NCBI GenBank assembly: GCA_035632635.1
Contig: DASQGL010000007.1
Span: 7,304 to 71,303, forward strand
Reading direction: 5' to 3'
DNA: 64,000 nt
From: Candidatus Limnocylindrales bacterium
GTDB lineage: Bacteria; Chloroflexota; Dormibacteria; CF-121
Position numbers and translations under genes: made by a program. How positions within the stretch are numbered: position 1 is the first letter of the stretch; each line of letters opens with the position of its first letter. Of the stretch, positions 47,622 through 54,685 are shown one piece after another. The notes under the pieces are model-generated. The model was not told where the DNA came from and did not search any database. It saw only the letters and a list, made by a program, of their open reading frames with translations.

Positions 47622-49124
47622 TCAGGGGTTGATCCGGAAGGCGTCGCGGCGGCGCTCGGCGCGCGCCTGCTCCAGGCTCTGCTCGGCCTGGGCGAGCATG
47701 GTCGCGCGGTCGTCCCGCCCGGCCTCGGACGCGGCCACGCCCGCGTCGACGGCGAGGCGCAGGATCTCCCCTTCCGCGGTCGCGCTGAACGGGTGCTCCT
47801 CGATCGCCTGCTTGAGCCGCTGGCCGAGGGTGACGGCCACCTCGCGGGCCGCTTCCGGGATCACCAGGCAGAAGCGTCCGTCCTGGATGCGGGCGAAGGT
47901 GTTGACCTTGCGCGTCTTGGCCCGCACGAGCGCGACGAGCTCGCGCAGCACCCGGGCGAGGCCGGCCTCCCCGTACTTGCCGCGCAGCACCTCGTAGCCA
48001 TCCACCTCGACGAGCACGATGGCGAGCGGATGGTTGAAGCGCGCCGCCCGACTGATCTCCCGGTCGAGCAGTTCCTCGAGGTAGCGCGCGCTGTAGGCGC
48101 CGGACTGGGTATCGAGGAGTGCGAGCTGCTCGGCCTGGATCAGCTTGCGGCCCATGACGATCGCGTACAGGCCTTCGCCGATGAAGTCGCTCAGCAAGCT
48201 CATCGGTTCGTTCAGGTCTTCCCGCGGACGATCCCAGCCGACCACGATCGCCCCGTAGGTCGCGCCCGTGGCCGCCACCGGGATGGGCACGCCGATGATG
48301 CTGCCGACCTGGACCTCGTCGTCCGTCAGGTAGCGGCACCAGGCGCTCTTGCCGACGTCGGGCACGGTGACCGTCCGGTCCGCGTGCCGCACCCACTCGG
48401 CGATGCCCGCGGTGAGCCGCCGTTTGGCCTCGACCAGGTGATCGGGCACCGGCTGATCGAAGCCGGAGGCCAGGTCCGATCCGTTGTCGTCGAGGAGCAG
48501 CACGAGCCCGTAATCCCCACGTGTGAGGTAGAGCGCCGCCTCGACCAGGTGCTGGGCCAGCATCTGCGAGTTCGACTCGGCGATCTGTGATTGGAGCCGA
48601 CGCAGCGCATGGCCGACTCGCTCCCGCGCCTGCATCTCGGCCAGCAGGTTGAGCCCGACCGCCGCCAGCTCGCCGGCGCCCAGCAGCTTCTCGGCGTCGA
48701 CCGCCTGGACCGCGTCGGCGGCCTGGATCAGCTCGTCGGGGAAGACCTTGAGCTTGAAGGCCAGCTCCGCCAGCGGTTCGACGGCGTTGGGCGCGAACTT
48801 GACGGCGGGCGACACGACCGCGCCCACCTGCTCCTCCTTCTCGTCACGGATCGGCGCCACGAAATGCCCGACCCCGGCGCAGCAGACCGCCATCCCCTCC
48901 GAGGGACGCCGGAGGAACTCCGGGTCGAAGTAGAGCGGACAGGCCTTCCGCTCCTGGAGCAGGCGGCAGTAGCGGGGATAGTCTTCGACCGGCGTGAGCG
49001 GCTTGCCCTGCAGGTCGAACACCTGCAGGCGCTGGCCGGTGGAGCTCTCGAACCGCTGCACCAGGCGCGTGAATTCGGGGCTCTGAATCAGCGGCGCCAG
49101 CTCGCCCTGTGAATCGTGCTCCAT
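47622..49124 (-). CDS. PocR-GAF-GGDEF(degenerate) signalling protein
   Basis: ATG 49124. N-terminal PocR-like Cys pattern (YCRLLQERKACPLYF...AVCCAGVGHFVAPI), a central GAF-like region, and a C-terminal GGDEF fold in which the signature reads RIQDGRF instead of RxGGDEF. Confidence 0.8.
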   Translation of the reverse strand: MEHDSQGELAPLIQSPEFTRLVQRFESSTGQRLQVFDLQGKPLTPVEDYPRYCRLLQERKACPLYFDPEFLRRPSEGMAVCCAGVGHFVAPIRDEKEEQVGAVVSPAVKFAPNAVEPLAELAFKLKVFPDELIQAADAVQAVDAEKLLGAGELAAVGLNLLAEMQARERVGHALRRLQSQIAESNSQMLAQHLVEAALYLTRGDYGLVLLLDDNGSDLASGFDQPVPDHLVEAKRRLTAGIAEWVRHADRTVTVPDVGKSAWCRYLTDDEVQVGSIIGVPIPVAATGATYGAIVVGWDRPREDLNEPMSLLSDFIGEGLYAIVMGRKLIQAEQLALLDTQSGAYSARYLEELLDREISRAARFNHPLAIVLVEVDGYEVLRGKYGEAGLARVLRELVALVRAKTRKVNTFARIQDGRFCLVIPEAAREVAVTLGQRLKQAIEEHPFSATAEGEILRLAVDAGVAASEAGRDDRATMLAQAEQSLEQARAERRRDAFRINP

Positions 49125-49133
49125 CTTTACCGA

Positions 49134-49163
49134 CCCGTGACACCCGTGCGACGGGATGTCACC
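49134..49163. promoter_or_regulatory. Imperfect palindrome in a divergent intergenic region (operator or 5'-UTR hairpin candidate)
   Basis: CCGTGACACCCGT-gcg-ACGGGATGTCACCG. GTGACA/TGTCAC arms, about 11 bp with one bulge. Confidence 0.3.
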
Positions 49164-49233
49164 GTCCCCAGCACAACGCGCCGTTCCGGCAAAACTTCTA
49201 AGCAATTCTGCCGGGCTGCCCGCCGAACGCGGC

Positions 49234-49247
49234 TAGACTGGCAGCAG
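49234..49247 (+). promoter_or_regulatory. -10 box TAGACT, N8, ATG
   Basis: TAGACT at 49234-39, then 8 nt, then ATG 49248. Confidence 0.4.
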
Positions 49248-50012
49248 ATGCTGACCGCCCAGCGCCTGACCAAACGGTACGGCGCGCTGACGGCCGTCGA
49301 CAACCTCGATCTCGAGGTCTCACCCGGTGAGCTGTTCGGGTTCCTCGGCCCCAACGGGGCGGGCAAGACCACCACCATCAAGATGCTGGTCGGACTGCTG
49401 CGGCCCACCTCTGGCAGCGCGGTGGTCGCCGGCCGGGACCTGCTGCGCGAGCCCGAGGCCGCCAAGGCCCGGATCGGCTACGTGCCGGACGAGGCCCGGG
49501 TTTACGAGCGGCTGGCCGCCCGGGAGTTCCTGGAGTTCTCGGGCGACCTCTATCACGTCCCGCGCGCCTCCCGCGACCGGCGGATCGACGCGCTCCTCCA
49601 GCTGTTCGAGCTGAAGGACCGCGCGGACGACTTCCTCTCGAACTACTCGCGCGGGATGCGCCAGAAGATCTCCCTGGCCGCGGCCCTCCTCCACGACCCC
49701 CAGGTGCTCTTCCTCGACGAACCGACCGTCGGGCTCGACCCGCGGAGCGCCCGGCAGATGAAGGACATCTTGATCGACTTCACCCGCGAAGGCAAAACGG
49801 TGTTCCTCTCCACCCACATCCTGGAAATCGCGGAGCGCATGTGCACGCGGGTCGGCATCATCAATCGCGGGCAGCTGGTCGCGGCGGGCACCCTGACCGA
49901 GCTGCGCGCCATGGTGCGCGCCGATGGCCAGTCCCTGGAACAGATCTTCCTCCAGCTCACCGGCGGCGGCGAAGAGGACGTGCGGGCGCTGCTCAACGAG
50001 CTGGAGAAATGA
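49248..50012 (+). CDS. ABC transporter ATP-binding protein (ABC-2/DrrA-like)
   Basis: Walker A GPNGAGKTT, signature YSRGMRQK and Walker B LFLDEPTVGLD. Confidence 0.92.
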   Translation: MLTAQRLTKRYGALTAVDNLDLEVSPGELFGFLGPNGAGKTTTIKMLVGLLRPTSGSAVVAGRDLLREPEAAKARIGYVPDEARVYERLAAREFLEFSGDLYHVPRASRDRRIDALLQLFELKDRADDFLSNYSRGMRQKISLAAALLHDPQVLFLDEPTVGLDPRSARQMKDILIDFTREGKTVFLSTHILEIAERMCTRVGIINRGQLVAAGTLTELRAMVRADGQSLEQIFLQLTGGGEEDVRALLNELEK

Positions 50013-51685
50013 GCCCGCTCGCCAGACTGAACGCCGGACTCCGGCTGGGGCTGCTCCTCTGGCGGGCGCAGATGCGCATGCTCTGGAATCACACCATCCG
50101 CAGCCGCAAGCCCCTGTACCTGGTCGGGGTCGTGCTCGCGGCGGTGACCGTGATCGTCTGGTGGATCCAGGTCGCCTTCCTCAGCGCGGTGGCGGCGACG
50201 GCGGCCTCGCGGGTACACACCGGGGTTCCCCTGGACCGATTGCTGGGCCTGGTCTTCATCGGCTACACCGCGTTCCTGATCTTCTCCAGCTTCCTGTTCA
50301 CCCTGAACGCGCTGCTCGTCAACGTGGACCTCGAGCTGCTGCTTCCGGCCCCCTGGCCGATCGAGGCGGTCGTGATCGGGCGGATGGTCGCGCAGGGGCT
50401 GCGGTTGCTCGTCATCTCGCTGCTCGTGACGCTGCCGGCCGTGATCCTGCTGCCGGTCTTCCTCGGGCATCCGTTGGCCGCGCTCGGCCTGCTCGCCATC
50501 ATCGCCATCTATCCCGTGATCCCGCTGGTGCTCGTGACCCTCGTCACCCTGGTGGCGATCCGGCTCGTGCCACCCGGGCGCGGGCGCGAGGTGATCACCG
50601 CCCTCAGCCTGCTGGTGGCACTCGGGATCAACCTCGTCAACATCCTCGCCAACCCGGCCCTCCAGGGGCGCGCGCCGCGGCTGCACGGTGGGTTTCCGGA
50701 CATCCCGGTCGCCGCCTCCCCGGTGCTGCCGTTCGGGTGGGCGGCCCGGGCCAGCGCCGCCGGGCTGGAGGGCGACCTGGCCCGCATGCTCGCCTGGATC
50801 CTGGTCCTGCTGCTGGCGTCCGCGGCTGCGCTGGTGATCGGCGTGCGTGTCAGCGGGGCGATCTACGTCGCCGGTTGGATCCAGGGCGCGCAGGGCCGAG
50901 GCCGGCGGCGGCGACCGGCGGGGGCCCGCGGGGCGATCCACATTCCGGGACTGACGCCGGTCGTCACCGCCCTGATCGTGAAGGACTGGCGGCTTCGGCT
51001 GCGCGACCTGACCCAGCTGGCCCGGTTCGTCATGCCGATGGTGTTTCTCATCGTGCTCGTCGTGCTGCGCGCGGGACCCTTGTTCCGGTTGGTGCACGCG
51101 CTCGGCCCCGGCCCGATCGCCGCGCTGCTCGCCCTCGGCCCCGCCTGGTTGGTGCTGCTGGCGATCACCAGCGCGTTCGGATTGTCCGCGGTCAGTCTCG
51201 AGGGCCAGGCGATGTGGATCTATCTCGCCTCGCCCAACGGGATGCGCGAGTTTCTCGAAGCGAAATGCTGGAGCGTCGTGCTGCCCGCGCTGGCCTTGAG
51301 CATGCTGGTCGGCATCGCGCTCGAGGTGCTCGTCCATCCGGGCACCGCCTGGGCGGTCGCCACGCTCGCCTTGCTGCCCATCGCCGGCGTCGGGCTGGGA
51401 AGCCTGATGGTCGCGATCGGCGCGCTCTGGGCGCGCTTCGACTGGACGGACACCCGCCGGATGGTGCACCCGGCCGGCGGCCTGCTCGGCTCGGTCGCCC
51501 AGATGGTCGCCTCGGGCGCGATCGCGCTGCTCGGCGTCGGCGCCGCCTTCTTCGCCCGGCCGCTGGGCCTGCCCCAGTGGCCCACGTTCGTGCTCGCGCT
51601 GGCGCTCCCCTGCGCGGCGCTCCTGGCAGTCAGCCTGGCAGCGCTGATCCTCGCGGCGCAGCGGCTACGACTATTGCAGCTGTAG
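50009..51685 (+). CDS. Large polytopic permease of the putative-ABC-exporter type
   Basis: ATG 50009 overlaps the ATPase stop (ATGA). 558 aa with at least 12 TM segments. No recognisable catalytic motif. Confidence 0.72.
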   Translation: MSPLARLNAGLRLGLLLWRAQMRMLWNHTIRSRKPLYLVGVVLAAVTVIVWWIQVAFLSAVAATAASRVHTGVPLDRLLGLVFIGYTAFLIFSSFLFTLNALLVNVDLELLLPAPWPIEAVVIGRMVAQGLRLLVISLLVTLPAVILLPVFLGHPLAALGLLAIIAIYPVIPLVLVTLVTLVAIRLVPPGRGREVITALSLLVALGINLVNILANPALQGRAPRLHGGFPDIPVAASPVLPFGWAARASAAGLEGDLARMLAWILVLLLASAAALVIGVRVSGAIYVAGWIQGAQGRGRRRRPAGARGAIHIPGLTPVVTALIVKDWRLRLRDLTQLARFVMPMVFLIVLVVLRAGPLFRLVHALGPGPIAALLALGPAWLVLLAITSAFGLSAVSLEGQAMWIYLASPNGMREFLEAKCWSVVLPALALSMLVGIALEVLVHPGTAWAVATLALLPIAGVGLGSLMVAIGALWARFDWTDTRRMVHPAGGLLGSVAQMVASGAIALLGVGAAFFARPLGLPQWPTFVLALALPCAALLAVSLAALILAAQRLRLLQL

Positions 51686-51693
51686 CAGGTCTA

Positions 51694-51829
51694 CGAGCCC
51701 GCCGGGCGAGTCGCGCTTTCGCGCGAGGAGCGCCGCGGCGGCCCGGCGAGGCGCGAGCCATGCGAGCCCATCACATTTCTGGCGAGCGCGCCGCGGAGCC
51801 GCTGGCCGCCGCATGGCGCGCGTAGCTAC
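51694..51829 (-). repeat. Dispersed GC-rich element, copy B
   Basis: Its reverse complement aligns with 22553-22695. It starts 9 nt after the permease stop, and its distal ~59 nt are the last ~19 codons plus the stop of the thymidine kinase ORF. Confidence 0.75.
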
Positions 51830-52940
51830 CGTCCAGAGCCGGGATTTCATGGTGGTGGCGGCAGCGCGCCTGGTAGCGCGCGGCGCCGCCGATCACGACC
51901 AGCGGCGAGTCGGATGAGGCCGGCTGGCCGTCCTCGAGCCGCTGGGTCCGGGTGGCCTGGCGCGAACCGCACCCGGGAAACTGGCAGGAGGCCTGCAGCT
52001 TGGTGAGGCGATCCGCGTGCGCCATCAGCCACGGCATCGGTCCGAACGGGCGGCCCAGGAAGTCGAGCTCGAGTCCCGCCACGATCGTGTGCAGCCCGCG
52101 ACCAGCCAGCTGCTCGCACAGACTCACGATCCGGTCATCGAAGAACTGCGCCTCATCGATCCCCACCACGCGGGTGTCATCCCGCAGCTGGTCGACCAGC
52201 GCATCCACGTCGGGCACGGCCAGCGCCGGAAAGCGGAGATCGCGATGCGAGGCCACCGCTTCGATGGCGTAACGATCATCGAGCGCGGGCTTGAACACCT
52301 GGATCCCGGCGCCCGCATAGCGCTCCTGGTCGAGGCGGCGGATCAGCTCCTGCGTCTTGCCGCTGAACATGCAGCCGGCGACCACCTCGAGGCTGCCGGT
52401 CGGCTCCTCGAACCAGCCCTCCTGGAAGGCCTTCGTGCGCCCCTGCGGGTCGTGATGACGCCGGCACACGGGCGCAAAGCGCTCGGCGCCGTCTTCCAGG
52501 ACGAACCGCTGGGTGCGGCTGGCCGGATTGCGGCAGCCGGGCGAGGCGCAGACCCCGTCGTCCAGCTTGATCGCGAAGTCCGCCGTGCAGAGCAGCTGCG
52601 GCAGGGGCCCGTGCGGCTGGCCCCGATAGTCGAGCTCCCAGCCCGCCACGACCACGTCGATGCGGTGCCGGCTGCCGGCCAGCGTGTCGGTCGCGCCCAC
52701 GAGATCCGGGAGGAACGCTTCCGCGCGGTCGATCACGAGCAGCTCGGTCTCGGGCTCGATCATGGCGAGGAGGGTCGCGGCCTCCATCGGGGCGTCGACC
52801 CGCTGCACCGCGCGCCCCTGCCGCTGCGCCCGCTCCACCTCGGCATCGAGCTTCTTGGTCTTGCCGGAATGGGTCGGGCCGCTGTACACGGTCAGGCTGC
52901 CAAGCCGCCGGCGCTCCCGGTCGGCGAAGAACCGGTCCAC
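51771..52940 (-). CDS. tdk: Tandem-domain thymidine kinase (degenerate N-terminal TK fold + canonical C-terminal TK)
   Basis: GTG 52940 overlaps the M20 stop. C-terminal half: CMFSGKTQELIRR, GIDEAQFF, and zinc ribbon CQFPGC...ARCRHHH. N-terminal half: GPTHSGKT, VIDRAEAF, CASPGC...PVCRRHH. Confidence 0.85.
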   Translation of the reverse strand: MDRFFADRERRRLGSLTVYSGPTHSGKTKKLDAEVERAQRQGRAVQRVDAPMEAATLLAMIEPETELLVIDRAEAFLPDLVGATDTLAGSRHRIDVVVAGWELDYRGQPHGPLPQLLCTADFAIKLDDGVCASPGCRNPASRTQRFVLEDGAERFAPVCRRHHDPQGRTKAFQEGWFEEPTGSLEVVAGCMFSGKTQELIRRLDQERYAGAGIQVFKPALDDRYAIEAVASHRDLRFPALAVPDVDALVDQLRDDTRVVGIDEAQFFDDRIVSLCEQLAGRGLHTIVAGLELDFLGRPFGPMPWLMAHADRLTKLQASCQFPGCGSRQATRTQRLEDGQPASSDSPLVVIGGAARYQARCRHHHEIPALDGSYARHAAASGSAARSPEM

Positions 52941-54133
52941 TAGCCGGGGCGCCGGAACTCCGTCTTCGCCTCGTCCACCAGTGCCGGATCGAGGAGCAGG
53001 TCGGCTCCGGTCATGGCCAGCGCCTTGGCGGCGTCGATCATCGCCTGGTACCCGCGCAGTGAATCGGATGCCTGCAGGAACGCCTGCGAGTGGGTGGCGA
53101 TGTCGGGCGCCGTGATCGCGAGCGTCGGATGGATCGCCGGCACGACATGACTCACATTTCCCATGTCGGTCGAGCCCGCCGTCTCCCAGGGCACCGGATC
53201 CGACACCGGCTGCACCCCGAGGCGCCGCAGGTTCTCCTCGAACAGGTGGGCGAGCACGCCGTTGTTGCGCATGTCCTCGTAGGGGTCGCCTTCCAGCGAG
53301 AGCTTGACGCTGCACCCGGTGGCCAGGGCGGCGCCCTGGAAGATGTTCTTCACCTTCTGGACCAGCTCTTCCATGTAGGCCCGCTCGCGGGCGCGCACCA
53401 GGAACTCGCCGGTGCTCCGCTCGGGCACGATGTTGGGAGCCGTCCCCCCTTCCCTGATGATGCCGTGGATCCGGGCGCCTTCCTTCATGTGCTGGCGCAG
53501 CATGCTGATCCCGTTGTAGGCCATCACGAACGCATCGAGCGCGTTGATGCCCTTCTCCGGATCTCCGGACGCGTGGGCCGCCTTTCCGGTGAACTCGAAG
53601 CGGAGGTGAGTCACCGCCAGCGCCCAGTGCGGCACCTGGGTGCGTGCATCCGGGTGGAACATCATGGCCACGTCGACGCTCTGGAAGATGCCCGCCTGGA
53701 TCAGGCGGACCTTGCCGCCGCCGCCTTCCTCCGCCGGCGTGCCGATGACCAGCACCCGCCCCGGCTGCTGCTGAAGCAGGTCGGCGAGCGCGACGCCGGC
53801 CCCGGTCGAGGCCATCGCGATCAGGTTGTGCCCGCAGCCATGCCCGAGCCCGGCCAGCGCGTCGTATTCGGCGAGGAAGGCGATCGTCGGACCATCGCCG
53901 TTGCGGCGGCTGGCCACGAAGGCGGTGGGCGTCGAGGCGACCCCGCGCTCCACCGAAAAGCCTTGCGACTCCAGGAACGCGGTCAGCCATCCGGCCGCCT
54001 TGTGCTCCTCGTAGCCGAGCTCCGGGTTGTGGTGAATGTCGCGCCCGATACGCTCGAGCTCGGGGCGCAGCGCGTCGATCCGCGCGCCCAGCTGCTCGCG
54101 AACCCGGTCTGTCACGGGAGGGGCAACCGACAT
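52940..54133 (-). CDS. M20-family metallopeptidase/amidohydrolase (AbgB-like)
   Basis: 397 aa with EYDALAGLGHGCGHN, GTPAEEGGGGK and the dimerisation-domain layout. Confidence 0.88.
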   Translation of the reverse strand: MSVAPPVTDRVREQLGARIDALRPELERIGRDIHHNPELGYEEHKAAGWLTAFLESQGFSVERGVASTPTAFVASRRNGDGPTIAFLAEYDALAGLGHGCGHNLIAMASTGAGVALADLLQQQPGRVLVIGTPAEEGGGGKVRLIQAGIFQSVDVAMMFHPDARTQVPHWALAVTHLRFEFTGKAAHASGDPEKGINALDAFVMAYNGISMLRQHMKEGARIHGIIREGGTAPNIVPERSTGEFLVRARERAYMEELVQKVKNIFQGAALATGCSVKLSLEGDPYEDMRNNGVLAHLFEENLRRLGVQPVSDPVPWETAGSTDMGNVSHVVPAIHPTLAITAPDIATHSQAFLQASDSLRGYQAMIDAAKALAMTGADLLLDPALVDEAKTEFRRPG

Positions 54134-54154
54134 GGCGCGATTATCCTACAGAGG
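54134..54154. promoter_or_regulatory. 21-nt divergent intergenic region with overlapping opposite-strand -10 boxes
   Basis: Plus strand: TATCCT (54142-47), N7, ATG 54155. Minus strand: GATAAT (54145..54140), N6, ATG 54133. Confidence 0.45.
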
Positions 54155-54685
54155 ATGCCGGATTCCAACGATCTCGCGCAGCTCTCGGACGACGCGCTGA
54201 GCCGACGGGTGCGCGAGCTGATGGCCGAGATGAGTCCGCTCGAGGAGGCGCTGGGCCGGCTGCGCGCCCAGATCCAGCAGGTCGCGAGCGAGCAGCGCCG
54301 CCGCGAGCGGCAGCAGCATCTCGCCACCCGGATGCAGGTCCGCACCACGGTCGCCCAGGGACAGATGCCGACCCTGCAGCAGGTGGCCGAAAGCCTGGAG
54401 GAGCTGATCCCGTCAGGGTCAGCGCTCACCGGGCTGCGTTTCTACCGCGACAGCGGGACCGAGGTCGGGCTGGGATACGCGACCGGGCGCGAACCGACGC
54501 TGTGGATGACGAACGGCGCCGAGACGGCGACCGTGCGATCGATCGCCGAGCTGCGCGCGCGCTACGCGGACGGCTGGGATTTCGGCACCAGCGCCCATCC
54601 CGGCGTGCGCATCCACCTGCCGAACACCCGGACCGAGAAGATCCTCACGCCGGCCGAGGTGTTCGTGCGCAGCCGGGAGGCTTAA
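54155..54685 (+). CDS. Hypothetical protein (N-terminal coiled coil + C-terminal globular domain)
   Basis: 176 aa in the tail of an otherwise antisense 531-aa ORF. The composition changes to normal after MPDSNDLAQL. Leaderless-type -10 box upstream. Confidence 0.5.
   Translation: MPDSNDLAQLSDDALSRRVRELMAEMSPLEEALGRLRAQIQQVASEQRRRERQQHLATRMQVRTTVAQGQMPTLQQVAESLEELIPSGSALTGLRFYRDSGTEVGLGYATGREPTLWMTNGAETATVRSIAELRARYADGWDFGTSAHPGVRIHLPNTRTEKILTPAEVFVRSREA

Noticed and set aside
49643-51469. 608-aa minus-strand ORF antisense to the ABC ATPase and permease genes.
   Set aside because: It has an extreme His/Asp/Arg/Gln/Pro-rich composition. The plus strand encodes a canonical ABC ATPase and a coherent polytopic permease with ATGA coupling.
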